A stretch of 64,000 bases of DNA from Candidatus Bathyarchaeia archaeon (GTDB taxonomy: Archaea; Thermoproteota; Bathyarchaeia; Bathyarchaeales; Bathycorpusculaceae): contig JAVZLK010000002.1 of NCBI GenBank assembly GCA_038883795.1, positions 64,001 to 128,000 of the forward strand. Reading direction: 5' to 3'. Both the position numbers and the translations under genes were made by a program. This document shows, one piece after another, positions 1 through 10,539 of this stretch (position 1 is its first letter; every line of letters begins with the position of its first letter). The notes under the pieces are model-generated. The model had not been told where the DNA came from. It did not search any database and worked only from the letters and a program-made list of their open reading frames with translations.

Positions 1-219
1 AAGGGAAATTCTGCAGACTTAACCGTTATTGATTTAAAAAGAGAGGACAAAATAGACGCATCAAAATTCCACTCAAAAGCAAAATACTCTCCCTTCGACG
101 GATGGAAGTTTAAGGGAAAACCAGTTAAAACTTTTGTTAAAGGTAGATTGGTTATGGATGAAGGAGAAATAGTCGCTGAGGCTGGATGCGGAGAAATAAT
201 TCGGAGAGAAAAAATTTGA
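1..219 (+). CDS. pyrC: dihydroorotase-family amidohydrolase, C-terminal fragment (5' truncated by window edge)
   Basis: Frame 1 reads [11 protein letters not shown]...[24 protein letters not shown], the typical C-terminus of dihydroorotase/allantoinase enzymes; TGA at 217-219. Confidence 0.8.
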   Translation, partial: KGNSADLTVIDLKREDKIDASKFHSKAKYSPFDGWKFKGKPVKTFVKGRLVMDEGEIVAEAGCGEIIRREKI

Positions 220-695
220 AGTTCATCGCTGATGGTATGCTTGGAAAACTTACCCGTTGGCTTCGCATGTTAGGGCATAATGTGAAATATTCAAGTAAAC
301 TTGACGATAATCAACTAATCGCCATAGCAAAAAAGGAACGGAGAATCCTTCTCACACGGGATTTAGAGCTTTATCAACAAGCCACAGCAAAAGGAGTAAA
401 CGCCCTCTACATCGAAGGAACAAACGAAGCTGAAAGACTTGCTCAACTTGCAAAAAGATTCAAAATCCAATTAGACATAGACATGGCAACATCAAGATGC
501 CCAAGATGCAACACAAAAGTGAAACCAATACCGAAAGAAAAAGCAGAAGACAAGGTGGAAAAAAGCACATTCACACACTACAACGAGTTTTGGGAATGTC
601 CCAAATGCGGAAAAATTTACTGGCAAGGAGCCCACTGGACAAAGATAAGGAAAACCCTTGAAACAGCAAAAGAAATAAAACAAAAAGGGCTTTGA
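216..695 (+). CDS. Mut7-C RNase (PIN-like) domain protein with zinc ribbon
   Basis: [45 protein letters not shown]; TTG start at 216 overlaps the pyrC stop. Confidence 0.9.
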   Translation: MKFIADGMLGKLTRWLRMLGHNVKYSSKLDDNQLIAIAKKERRILLTRDLELYQQATAKGVNALYIEGTNEAERLAQLAKRFKIQLDIDMATSRCPRCNTKVKPIPKEKAEDKVEKSTFTHYNEFWECPKCGKIYWQGAHWTKIRKTLETAKEIKQKGL

Positions 696-701
696 AAACT
701 T

Positions 702-938
702 TTATTCTTCTTCTAAAAGCCACTTAAGAGGAATATCCTGATATGTGCCGTCTGGCAACGTTCGCCTAATAGTCATCGGCAAAATTCCAGCCTCAAGCTC
801 TTTTAGGGCTATGTCTATAGGACTGGAAAAACCCTCAGAAATTTCGACAAGTATTGGAGCTCCCATGGATATCTGTAAAGCCCTAGCCCCCACTATCCTA
901 GCCTTTTCGAAACGAGTAAGCTTCGGAGGACCTATCAA
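702..938 (-). CDS. rpo6: DNA-directed RNA polymerase subunit Rpo6 (K/omega)
   Basis: [22 protein letters not shown] signature; the true start may be slightly upstream. Confidence 0.95.
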   Translation of the reverse strand: MIGPPKLTRFEKARIVGARALQISMGAPILVEISEGFSSPIDIALKELEAGILPMTIRRTLPDGTYQDIPLKWLLEEE

Positions 939-965
939 AATTTTCTTCTCTTTTTTAGACGTATC

Positions 966-2606
966 CTAATACTCCCCAGCGCCTGCTCCAGGCGGGCCAC
1001 CCGGAGGTGTTGGAGGAGCTTTCATTTTTCCAGCAGCAATGACGTCATCAATCTTAAGTATCATTGAGGCGGCTTCTCCAGCAGATTTGACGATTTGTTT
1101 CTTAACAGCTAAAGGCTCGAAGACTCCAGCTTCGCTCATGTCTTGGACTTTTCCAGAGTTAACTTCTATTCCAGCCCATGTTTCGCCCTTTTCGTGGCGT
1201 GCTCGCAGTTCTGATAGTATGTCTATTGGGTCTAAACCAGCATTTTCTGTTAGTGTTACTGGAACTACTTCGATGGCTTCTGCGAAACTTTTAACTGCAA
1301 GCTGTTCCCTGCCCGGAAGGGTTTCAGCATATTTTTTGAGCGCTCGTGAAATTTCAAGCTCTGGTGCTCCGCCTCCAGCCAATATTTTTGGTTCTTCAAC
1401 CACGTCCCGAACCACACATAACGCATCATGTATTGACCTTTCTGCTTCGTCTACTATGCGTTCTGTCCCACCCCTTATTAATATTGTAACAGCTCTCGGA
1501 TGCTTGCATCCTTCGACGAAGGTCATTTTGTCGTCGCCTATCTTACGTTCCTCGACGAGGCTTGCGTAGCCCAAATCGGATGGGCTCATGTCGTCTATGT
1601 TGGTTATTATTTTTCCGCCGGTGGCTTTTGAAAGTTTTTCCATGTCTGACTTTTTGATTCTGCGAACAGCGAGAATTCCCTTTCTGGCTAAGAAGTGCTG
1701 TGCCATGTCGTCTATGCCTTTTTGGCATAAGACTACGTTGGCGCCTACTGCCTCTATTTTTTCAACCATCTGCCGCAGCATTTCCTCTTCTTGTTTGAGG
1801 AAGGCATCCATTTGTTCTGGGCTTTCAATGTTTATTTTAGCATCAAACTCCGTCTTCTCAATTTCCAAAGCGGTATCCAACAAGGCTATTTTGGCTTTTT
1901 CCACCCGTTTTGGCATTCCGGAGTGGACAACTTCTTTGTCTAAAACTATGCCTTGAATAAGCTTAGTGTCTCTTAGGGATTCACCTGGTTTCTTTTCAAC
2001 TTTAATGTCGTCAATATCCACCTTGTATTTTCCATCTTCTTTTTCTGCAACCTCAAGAACCGCCTTAACTGCAAGCTCAGCCAAGTATTCTCTATGTTCA
2101 GCTACTAACTTGCTTGCCATGGAGGTCATAGCAACCTTCTTTAAGTATTCTTCGCGGTTTGATTCTGTTGGCATTGCTATTTTTTCTAGAACTTCTAGTG
2201 CTTTTTCGCTGGCTTTCTTATACCCGTCTATAATTATGGTTGGGTGGACATTTTTTCCAATAAGCTCTTCGGCTTTGTTGAGTAATTCGCCGGCTAATAT
2301 TACGGCTGTTGTTGTGCCGTCGCCGGCTTCGTTATCTTGGGTTTTTGCAACTTCCACCATCATTTTAGCTGCTGGATGCTGAATATCCATCTCATCCAAA
2401 ATTGTTCGTCCATCACTTGTAATTGTGGTATCGCCGAAGCTGTCCACAAGCATCTTATCCATACCTTTTGGACCTAAAGAACTTTTCACGGTTTCGGCTA
2501 CAATTCTTGCAGCCATTATGTTAGCGTGTTGGGCTTCTCTTCCTCGGCTTCGGCTTGAGCCTTCTTTTAATATTAAAACTGGAACGCCTCCAGCTTGTGT
2601 TGACAA
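966..2606 (-). CDS. ths: thermosome (group II chaperonin) subunit
   Basis: [22 protein letters not shown] motifs; TTG start at 2606 after a GGGAGG RBS. Confidence 0.97.
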   Translation of the reverse strand: MSTQAGGVPVLILKEGSSRSRGREAQHANIMAARIVAETVKSSLGPKGMDKMLVDSFGDTTITSDGRTILDEMDIQHPAAKMMVEVAKTQDNEAGDGTTTAVILAGELLNKAEELIGKNVHPTIIIDGYKKASEKALEVLEKIAMPTESNREEYLKKVAMTSMASKLVAEHREYLAELAVKAVLEVAEKEDGKYKVDIDDIKVEKKPGESLRDTKLIQGIVLDKEVVHSGMPKRVEKAKIALLDTALEIEKTEFDAKINIESPEQMDAFLKQEEEMLRQMVEKIEAVGANVVLCQKGIDDMAQHFLARKGILAVRRIKKSDMEKLSKATGGKIITNIDDMSPSDLGYASLVEERKIGDDKMTFVEGCKHPRAVTILIRGGTERIVDEAERSIHDALCVVRDVVEEPKILAGGGAPELEISRALKKYAETLPGREQLAVKSFAEAIEVVPVTLTENAGLDPIDILSELRARHEKGETWAGIEVNSGKVQDMSEAGVFEPLAVKKQIVKSAGEAASMILKIDDVIAAGKMKAPPTPPGGPPGAGAGEY

Positions 2607-2921
2607 GCAAACAACCTCCCTAATGCGTCTCAATGAGAAACAGCATTACAATATAAATTTTTCCTTAACTACGCTTAATTAAGCATATTTCTGAAACAAA
2701 ATCGCATCACCGAACTCCTTGGAGTCTATAGGCTATATAAGCCAACAAGTTTGGTTGCTGTAATTTTTGTGCTAGATTTCGGCTTTTAATGTTTAGGATA
2801 CAGTTTAAAGTTTAGTTGGAATTATGATGAATTTTTAGGATTTATCTTATGAAATTTTTCTGCATAAGTTTTTAGAGTATGCTTTCGTAATAAACACTAA
2901 AAAATCGTGGAGGAAAATTAA

Positions 2922-4736
2922 ATGTCGAAAACTAGGCTTTCATTCATCGTCGCAATAACCATCATTTTCGTTTTAATCATGCTTGGACTTTGCAGTGTTC
3001 CTCTTTCAAACGCAATCGAATCTACCGTGAATGCCAATCCGAGGATTATTTATTGGCCTGCGCCTCAAGTATGGCAAACAGAAGATGGGCGTATCATGTG
3101 GAGTTCTGGAGGCATGGACGCAACAAGCATCGCATGGTCACCCTCTGGAGAACTGCTATTAATAGCTGGTTCTGACCGTTTTGTAGTGATTAACGCAAGC
3201 ACTTGGTCGCCGATTAGTGAGTCTTGGAATCCGCGGGGTTATAGCGGTCAAGGCGTGTTTGATAGTTTTGTTATTTCACCAGTCGACTCGAAAATATTCT
3301 ATGTCAACACCAGCTATGTATTTGCTCCTTCTTCCGCAATATATTCGATAAGCTTGGGTGGTTCTGATCCAACTTTCATAACCTACGTTAATAGTTGCTC
3401 CTCATGCGTACCCACATTCTTTGACTTGTCAAGCGATGGCACAACATTGCTTTACACGGAATTCGCAGAGAACCGTACTTCATATCCCTACACTTATGTT
3501 AGCCGAATCTGGAAGGTCAACCTAGTAACAAGTGAGAGATCACTGGTTCTGGAACTTGAGGGGTCAGATAACCAAATGTTTAGCGTTAGGTTTTCTCCAT
3601 TAAACGACAAGATAGCCTTCGCAACATACACTGGCGTTTGGATCATTAACTCCGATGGAACTGACCTAACCAAGATTGCTGATATCTCAGAAAACAACAT
3701 TGCAATGCATTTAAATTGGGCACCAAATGGAACAATGCTAACATACACTGAAGTTAATTACGGAGAAAGAACTGATTATAATCCGTATAATATTTGGTGG
3801 GATAGTAGTAACATCACAGCTGTAAATGTTGATGGAAGCAACAAAAGCACAATTTTCTATGGAGCCAAATGTTGGACATGGTCGCCCCTCAACGACTCTA
3901 TAGCCGCCTTCATTAAACCGATAGCCTGGGGTGTCCCATACCTTATAGATTTAAGCCTTCCAATATCCTCCAACCCGGACAGCGACGGAGACGGCCTATC
4001 TGACCGCGAAGAAATTTTCTGTGGATACTTTAACCCGCTAGATCCTACAGACATCCATAAAGACTATGACAATGATGGCTTATCCAACTTGGAAGAGTAC
4101 GAGTTTAACATAAATCGGACTGGTGTTGGAGCCTATCCGTTAAATCTGTTAAATCCAGATACTGATGGGGATGAACTCAGCGATGGCGTTGAAATTAAAG
4201 TTTTCCGGACAGATCCCACAAGACGGGATACGGATGGCGACGGCTACGGTGATGGTCTTGAGGCTGCAGCAACTGGATTAAACGCTTTTATTTCCGTTCT
4301 GCCTGAAGGTTGGATTCGCATGCAGCTTCAATGGTCAAACAAGACAATGTATGTTTCAACAAACTCTTCTGTGCTCGGCGTAGTCTTTAACTCCACAAGC
4401 ATGGCTCTAAGCATCAATGTCGGCGGTCCGGACGGAACGACAGGCATAGCCAACATAACAATACCCATAGAGATGATAAATTCTCTTTCAAACGTCCAAG
4501 TCACATTGGATAATCAACCCATAGAGTTCCAAATAAACCAGGTGGGCAGCTACGCTCAGATTTATGTGGAATATCATCACAGCTTTCATGAGTTGACGGC
4601 GCATCTGCAAGGCGGTGGCGGTGGCATCGGCGGCGTGGATTTAACGGGCTTCATGAGTTACTGGTGGCTGATATTGTCGGTTGCCATCGTAGCGGTTGCA
4701 TCTGTGATAGCGGCAATAATCGTGAAACGCGGATGA
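2922..4736 (+). CDS. membrane-anchored surface protein with TolB-like beta-propeller and DxDxDG Ca-binding repeats
   Basis: Signal peptide, repeated WSP/FSP motifs, DSDGDGLSD/DYDNDGLSN/DTDGDELSD/DTDGDGYGD repeats, Gly linker and C-terminal TM helix. Confidence 0.75.
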   Translation: MSKTRLSFIVAITIIFVLIMLGLCSVPLSNAIESTVNANPRIIYWPAPQVWQTEDGRIMWSSGGMDATSIAWSPSGELLLIAGSDRFVVINASTWSPISESWNPRGYSGQGVFDSFVISPVDSKIFYVNTSYVFAPSSAIYSISLGGSDPTFITYVNSCSSCVPTFFDLSSDGTTLLYTEFAENRTSYPYTYVSRIWKVNLVTSERSLVLELEGSDNQMFSVRFSPLNDKIAFATYTGVWIINSDGTDLTKIADISENNIAMHLNWAPNGTMLTYTEVNYGERTDYNPYNIWWDSSNITAVNVDGSNKSTIFYGAKCWTWSPLNDSIAAFIKPIAWGVPYLIDLSLPISSNPDSDGDGLSDREEIFCGYFNPLDPTDIHKDYDNDGLSNLEEYEFNINRTGVGAYPLNLLNPDTDGDELSDGVEIKVFRTDPTRRDTDGDGYGDGLEAAATGLNAFISVLPEGWIRMQLQWSNKTMYVSTNSSVLGVVFNSTSMALSINVGGPDGTTGIANITIPIEMINSLSNVQVTLDNQPIEFQINQVGSYAQIYVEYHHSFHELTAHLQGGGGGIGGVDLTGFMSYWWLILSVAIVAVASVIAAIIVKRG

Positions 4737-4752
4737 TGGGAGGGTCAACGTT

Positions 4753-5424
4753 ATGAGTAAGGCAGTTGCTCTGGGAACAATAATCATCCTCTTTCTGCTC
4801 TGTTTAGGTTCAGTTTACGCTACGGCGCAGTTAGGCGTTAAAGCAGGCGACTGGATAAAATGCGACTACGTTTCAGGCAGCAATTTACCAAGCGAGTTTA
4901 TCCAATGGGTTAAAGTGGAATGTCTATCAGCCACCGGAACAACTGCAACGTTACGCGTGACAACACACTTCAGCAACGGCGCAGAACAAACTGAAATCAT
5001 GACGTGGGATGTTGCCAGCGGCACTGGAAACGCGACTTTCCAAGCGCTTATACCAGCAAACTCAAAGAACGGAGATGTCATTCCAGCGGTGGAAGGAGGC
5101 AGCGTAACCATTGCTGGTGAAAGAACAGGAACCTATGCTGGGGCAAGCAGAACAGTTGTCTACGCAAGCTTAACACAAGGAGATATGCAGTTCAGCTACT
5201 GTTGGGACAAGGAGACAGGAATCATCGTGGAAGTAACCTTAACCCAAGGCTCAACAAGAGCCACTTTTAAAGCAACAAGCACAAACATTTGGCAAGCATC
5301 CTCGTCAAACCCGCTACCAATACCAAGCCTACCGATTGAAATGTTTTCCATCAGCATCTCAGTGATAGTGGCAATAGCCATAGTGGCCACAGCAGTAATC
5401 TTTACAAAGCACAAAAGAAGCTAA
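4753..5424 (+). CDS. secreted/membrane-anchored hypothetical protein
   Basis: Signal peptide, GVKAGDW and WDKETG motifs, C-terminal TM helix with basic tail. Confidence 0.7.
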   Translation: MSKAVALGTIIILFLLCLGSVYATAQLGVKAGDWIKCDYVSGSNLPSEFIQWVKVECLSATGTTATLRVTTHFSNGAEQTEIMTWDVASGTGNATFQALIPANSKNGDVIPAVEGGSVTIAGERTGTYAGASRTVVYASLTQGDMQFSYCWDKETGIIVEVTLTQGSTRATFKATSTNIWQASSSNPLPIPSLPIEMFSISISVIVAIAIVATAVIFTKHKRS

Positions 5425-5584
5425 AACTCGAAAATACTATTTCTCTTTTTCTATTCTCTATATAAAGGAAATTTTTAAAGGATTGTTTAAGAAGAAAACT
5501 TCCATTAGTCATCGCTATGGAAAAACTATTTGAGAGCCAACTATGTTATTTTCGATAAATAATCTTTCATAAAAGGCTAATATT

Positions 5585-6700
5585 TTAGCTTGGCTTTAAG
5601 GATGCTTTCAGTCCAGTTCCCGTGAGGATTATTAATGTTTTCTCTTTTCGCGCCTTCATATCTTCCAGTAGTTGCTTTTGGTAAGCCGCATAAGCCACAG
5701 CTGAACTTGGCTCCACAAAAAACCCTTTTCCAGCAAGCTCCATAAAAGCCTCATAAATCTCGTTTTCGTCAACCATAACTGCATCGCCTCTTGCTTCCCT
5801 CAACTTTTTAACCATAAGCTCCAAAAGCGGAGGATTTACGCTCACCAAAGCATCAGCTATAGAAGTTATTTTTTCAGGAGGAACGTAGCTTAAATTTTTA
5901 AATCTATGGTAGAGGGGTGAAACTTGCTGTGTTTGGCAAGCCACAATTTTTGGCATATCTTCTATCATATTTGAATCAACAAGATGCCTAAAACCATCAA
6001 TCACGCCTAATAATAGAGTGCCAGCCGAAACTGGCAAGTAAATGCGTTTTGGAACATGCCATCCAAACTGTTCTGCTATCTCATAGGCAAGGCTTCTTAT
6101 TCCATCCCTAAACAATGGATGCAAAATATGTCCAACATAAAATTTTCCATCCTCAGCCTTTTGTGCTTCTTCAGCAACCTTGCTGCGACTTCCCGAAACT
6201 TTGACGACCTCTGCACCATAGTATTGAATTTGGTTAAACTTGGGTCCAGAAACATTTTCTGGAACATAAATCTTCGCCTTTAAACCAGCGCGAGTAGCAT
6301 ATGCAGCCATAGAAGCCCCAGCATTGCCAGAAGAATCTTCGCTTATGTAGCCGCCAGCCTCTTTCACAAGTTTATGTATTGCGGAGAAAAGCACCGTTGA
6401 ACCTCTATCCTTAAACGAACCAGTTGGATTAAGACTTTCAAGTTTAAAATAGACATTTTCTGAAAACTTAACAAGGGGAGTCCAGCCCTCTCCCAACGAT
6501 ATGATATCCTCTTTTTTTACATATGGGAAAAATTTTGCATACCGCCAAAGCGTATACTCTTTACCTATAATTTTTCCAACCTTAAAATCGATAAAAGTTT
6601 GCAGTTCCAAGGGCTGACCGCATTTTTGGCATTTAAAATCTAGTAGGTTGGTTGAAGGTTGTCCGCAAAGGCTGCATTTAATTTCATAATCCATAAACAA
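5585..6700 (-). CDS. thrC: threonine synthase-like PLP-dependent enzyme
   Basis: N-terminal Zn ribbon, SLGEGWTP, NPTGSFKDRG, DSSGNAGAS, VEPSSA. Confidence 0.8.
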   Translation of the reverse strand: MFMDYEIKCSLCGQPSTNLLDFKCQKCGQPLELQTFIDFKVGKIIGKEYTLWRYAKFFPYVKKEDIISLGEGWTPLVKFSENVYFKLESLNPTGSFKDRGSTVLFSAIHKLVKEAGGYISEDSSGNAGASMAAYATRAGLKAKIYVPENVSGPKFNQIQYYGAEVVKVSGSRSKVAEEAQKAEDGKFYVGHILHPLFRDGIRSLAYEIAEQFGWHVPKRIYLPVSAGTLLLGVIDGFRHLVDSNMIEDMPKIVACQTQQVSPLYHRFKNLSYVPPEKITSIADALVSVNPPLLELMVKKLREARGDAVMVDENEIYEAFMELAGKGFFVEPSSAVAYAAYQKQLLEDMKARKEKTLIILTGTGLKASLKPS

Positions 6701-6710
6701 GACACCATTA

Positions 6711-7238
6711 TTATATTAGTTCTTGACCTTTCTGGAAGGCTTTCAAGTTGGGTTCTAAAGTTTTTGCGGGCACAGTTTCCTCGATGACTTTTTCCATAGT
6801 TTCGCCATTAACAAGCCTTGTTATTTTGGTTAAGGCTCCAAGCATCATCATGTTTGCGTATGTCGCTTCTCCAAACATTTTCTTGCAAGTTTCGGTTATG
6901 GGGATTGTGTAGACTTTCGCCTTCGCTTCATGGATTTTCTGCACATTTGTGCTATCAATTATCAGTATTCCATCATCTTTAAGGCAATGTAAATGTGCAT
7001 CTAAAGATTCTTGGTTCATAGCAACCAAGATGTCGCATTTTCTAACAGCTGGAAAACCTATTTTTTCATCTGAAATTATCACCTCGCTTCTCGCTAGGCT
7101 TCCTCTCGCCTCGGCTCCATAACTTTGTGTTTGTAAAACCTTCCTTCCTTCATAAGCAACAGCCTTACCCAATATTTGCCCAGCTAAGACAACGCCTTGA
7201 CCGCCACTTCCACCTATTATTATTTCAATCTTTGCCAA
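6711..7238 (-). CDS. 2-oxoacid:ferredoxin oxidoreductase gamma subunit
   Basis: GGSGGQGVVLAG, QSYGAEARG, NMMMLGA. Confidence 0.92.
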   Translation of the reverse strand: MAKIEIIIGGSGGQGVVLAGQILGKAVAYEGRKVLQTQSYGAEARGSLARSEVIISDEKIGFPAVRKCDILVAMNQESLDAHLHCLKDDGILIIDSTNVQKIHEAKAKVYTIPITETCKKMFGEATYANMMMLGALTKITRLVNGETMEKVIEETVPAKTLEPNLKAFQKGQELI

Positions 7239-8055
7239 TTTTCTGCGCCTCCTTTAACAAAGCGTAAACATTCTCCACAAGCGTTGGACGCTTCCTTTCC
7301 ACAAACTCTCCAACAACAATTTTACCCTCTAAATCTTCTTCGCTTATCCTTTCTGCTTGCTCAAATGGAATGGAGTTTTCCCTAAACCATTTCAGCATCT
7401 CTCCAACATTTTTAAAGCCCATTCTTCTGCCATATGCTGTGGGGCATTGAGTTACAACCTCAATGAATCTGAAACCTTGTAGTTGTATTGCCTTTTTGAT
7501 TGATTCTTTTAATTCGTTTAGGTGGGCGGTTGTCCATCGGGCTACGTAGGCTGCACCAGCTGCCACTGCAAGTTTTGCAGCGTCTAAGGGATGCTCAAAG
7601 CTCCCATAGGGCGTTGTAGTTGTGTAGGCTTTATAAGGAGTTGTGGGTGCCACTTGCCCCCCAGTCATGCCATAAACCATGTTGTTCCCCATTATCACAA
7701 GAATATCCGTATTTCGCCGTGCTGCGTGGATAAAGTGGCTTAAGCCTATGCCAACTATGTCTCCATCGCCTCCAAAGACGACAACGTGAAAGTTTGGTTT
7801 CAGAAGTTTTATGCTTGTTGCTGGGGGTATGCTTCTCCCATGAAGCGTGTGAACAGAATCAGCCTTAAAATATGGCGATGGAATCCAAGAAGTGCAGCCT
7901 ATACCACTTGTAAAAATGAAATTGCTCAAATCCTTATAACCCAATTCGTGAACAGCCCTCAAAAAAGCGTCGCTTAAAGCATACAAGCCACATCCTGGAC
8001 AGAAAGGTAATCGCAAATCTCTCATGTAATTACGACTTGAAAAGGCTTCACCCAT
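7225..8055 (-). CDS. korB: 2-oxoacid:ferredoxin oxidoreductase beta subunit (TPP-binding)
   Basis: FCPGCG, SGIGC, TLHGR, GGDGD, YGMTGGQVAPTT. Confidence 0.92.
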   Translation of the reverse strand: MGEAFSSRNYMRDLRLPFCPGCGLYALSDAFLRAVHELGYKDLSNFIFTSGIGCTSWIPSPYFKADSVHTLHGRSIPPATSIKLLKPNFHVVVFGGDGDIVGIGLSHFIHAARRNTDILVIMGNNMVYGMTGGQVAPTTPYKAYTTTTPYGSFEHPLDAAKLAVAAGAAYVARWTTAHLNELKESIKKAIQLQGFRFIEVVTQCPTAYGRRMGFKNVGEMLKWFRENSIPFEQAERISEEDLEGKIVVGEFVERKRPTLVENVYALLKEAQKIGKD

Positions 8056-8059
8056 CCAT

Positions 8060-9184
8060 TCATCGCCCCCTTAAAATTTCAGCCAAAATCTCCTCGGGCG
8101 TAATCATTTCTCCCCCGCCAATTTTATTCAAAGGAACAACTTCCTTAGGACATGCAACTCTTTTAACTTCATAAAATATCTGTCCCAAATTCATCTCAGG
8201 AACAATTATTTTTTCAGCAATTTCCGCCAAAAGTGCGATTTGTTTTTCCGGGAAGGGCCACACGGTTTTTAAGCGAACATAACCAGTTTTGACTCCCTTG
8301 GCTTCTGCAACCTCTACGGCTTCGTAAACTGCTCGGGATGTGCATCCAAAGGAGACTATGCCAACCTGGCAGTTGTTAACGTTGTAAGTTTCAACTTCCA
8401 CTATGTCGTCCACGTTTTTCTTTATTTTGTTGTTGATGGCTTCTAAAATTCGCCTATGCACTTTCGGGTCTGCTGTAAAACGGACTCCATATTCATCATG
8501 GGTTGAAGCGGTAACAGCAACATTAAAACCCTCGCCAACTGATGGCATGGGCGCCACATTCTCCAAACCAAAAAACATTTTATCTTCAGCCTCGGGCTTT
8601 TTTCTGTTTACTATTTCAATTTTTTCTAATGGTGGGATTGCAACTTGCTCTCTAACGTGGGCTATGACTTCATCGGTTAAAATAACAACGGGCGTGCGAT
8701 ATTTTTCAGCTAAGTTAAAAGCCCTAATTGTAAGCTCAAACATTTCTTGAACAGAGTTGGGGGAAAGCGCAATAGCAGAATAGTCGCCATGCGTTCCCCA
8801 ACGAGCCTGCATCACATCGCCCTGAGCAGCCTTGGTGGCTTGGCCGGTGCCGGGCCCAACCCTCTGAACATCAACAACAACGCAGGGCGTCTCAGTCATA
8901 AAACCCCAACCGATTGTTTCTTGCATCAAACTGAAACCTGGTCCAGAGGTTGCAGTCATAGCTTTTGCTCCACACCAACTCGCCCCCATAACAGCACCAA
9001 TAGAAGCTATCTCATCCTCCATCTGCATGAAGATGCCTCCGACTTTGGGCAGTCGCTCCGCCATATACTCAGAAATTTCGTTTGCGGGAGAGATGGGATA
9101 TCCGGCGAAAAATCTGCAGCCAGCGATTATTGCTGCTTCAACACAAGCCTCATTTCCTTGCCAGAAAAATGTTTTTGAAGTCAT
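8060..9184 (-). CDS. korA: 2-oxoacid:ferredoxin oxidoreductase alpha subunit
   Basis: FFAGYPISP, QMEDEIAS, TATSGPGFSLMQE, VPEMNLGQ. Confidence 0.93.
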   Translation of the reverse strand: MTSKTFFWQGNEACVEAAIIAGCRFFAGYPISPANEISEYMAERLPKVGGIFMQMEDEIASIGAVMGASWCGAKAMTATSGPGFSLMQETIGWGFMTETPCVVVDVQRVGPGTGQATKAAQGDVMQARWGTHGDYSAIALSPNSVQEMFELTIRAFNLAEKYRTPVVILTDEVIAHVREQVAIPPLEKIEIVNRKKPEAEDKMFFGLENVAPMPSVGEGFNVAVTASTHDEYGVRFTADPKVHRRILEAINNKIKKNVDDIVEVETYNVNNCQVGIVSFGCTSRAVYEAVEVAEAKGVKTGYVRLKTVWPFPEKQIALLAEIAEKIIVPEMNLGQIFYEVKRVACPKEVVPLNKIGGGEMITPEEILAEILRGR

Positions 9185-9275
9185 TTTTCACGCTGCCTCT
9201 TTTTCTTTTGTTTTTAGCATTACGTTAAACTTAAACTTGAGTATTTTACGCTTAAACCCCTTTCTGAAGATTCTT

Positions 9276-10391
9276 TCACTTTTTAACTTCGTTTTCATAT
9301 ATTTCGGAAATAAACTCGCCGATGGCTGGGGCAGCAGTTAAACCTGGCGACTCGATGCCTATCAAATTTATGAAACCAAACAAACCCTTATCCGCCTCAT
9401 GTCTTATAACAAAATCTCTAAACCCTTCCCCTGGACCCTGAAGTTTTGGTCTCACTCCAGCAAAATCCGATGTTAGTTGATAGTTGGTGATACATGGCAA
9501 AAATCTTTTGACATCTTCCCGAAACTCCTCTTCGTCAGAAGTCACTTCGTAGCTAATGTTATTCACGTAATAGGCGTTTGGTCCCAATTTGACCACTCCA
9601 GCCAAATCCGGAGTTAAATGGATTCCCAATCCCGGTCCTTTTGGAACAGGGTAAACGAGCATTTTTACTGGAGGTTTGCCGATAAGCCTAAAGTAATCGC
9701 CTTTACAATAATGCAGTTTATAACCAAGTTTTTCCACATCCAAGCCAATAAGTTTGGCGATTTTGTCTGAGTAAAGTCCAGCACAGTTTATCACAGTTTT
9801 GGCTTTGATTGTGAATTTTTCGCCGAAACTTGTCCCACTCACCTCATAAATATCTTTCACCTTCTTTAAACCTGTTACTTCTGTTTTTGTAGCCAAAACG
9901 GCACCGTTTTGGGAAGCCTTCGCATAAAAATAGTTCATAAGCTCATCAGGTTCCACAATGCCTGTAGAAGGCGTATAAAGCGCCTTTTCAACTTCAACAT
10001 TTGGCTCAAACCGCTTAACCTCTTCCTTTTCTAAAATTTTCAAGCCTTCCACTCCGTTTGCTCCTCCCCAACGCTTAAGTTTTTCCAACTCCTCCATTTC
10101 TTCCTCTTCGATGGCTACTGTCAGTTTTCCTAATGGCTTGTAGGGAATTTTGTATTTCTCGCAGATTTCGTAAATCATCAAATTGCCTTTAACGCACAAT
10201 TTGGCTTTTAGGGAGCCAGGGGGATAATGAATCCCTGAGTGAATTACGCCACTATTGTGAGTGCTTGTTTCTTGTCCAAACTTTGCATTTTTCTCCAAAA
10301 TATAGACGCCTTCATTATTTTCGGAAAGTTTTGCAGCTACAGCTAAGCCAACTACACCAGCGCCTATAACAACTATGTTTGCTTCTTCCAT
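9276..10391 (-). CDS. lhgO: FAD-dependent oxidoreductase, L-2-hydroxyglutarate oxidase (LhgO)-like
   Basis: GAGVVG Rossmann motif, ETSTHNSGVIHSGIHY, GLGIHLT, GIESPGLTAA; ATG at 10391. Confidence 0.8.
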   Translation of the reverse strand: MEEANIVVIGAGVVGLAVAAKLSENNEGVYILEKNAKFGQETSTHNSGVIHSGIHYPPGSLKAKLCVKGNLMIYEICEKYKIPYKPLGKLTVAIEEEEMEELEKLKRWGGANGVEGLKILEKEEVKRFEPNVEVEKALYTPSTGIVEPDELMNYFYAKASQNGAVLATKTEVTGLKKVKDIYEVSGTSFGEKFTIKAKTVINCAGLYSDKIAKLIGLDVEKLGYKLHYCKGDYFRLIGKPPVKMLVYPVPKGPGLGIHLTPDLAGVVKLGPNAYYVNNISYEVTSDEEEFREDVKRFLPCITNYQLTSDFAGVRPKLQGPGEGFRDFVIRHEADKGLFGFINLIGIESPGLTAAPAIGEFISEIYENEVKK

Positions 10392-10539
10392 AAAAGACCA
10401 TAAAACATACGTTAATAAATTTTTATGCCTACACCTGTTCACTCAAAATGTACCTTTAAAAGAATATGATTAAAAGCGCAAAAGTTTTTTACAAGCACCA
10501 GAAAATTAAGTTTCCCAATCAACCACACTTGAAGGGAAA

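Noticed and set aside
1039-2682. Long antisense ORFs opposite thermosome (and similar ones opposite other genes)
   Set aside because: Shadow frames of well-supported genes.
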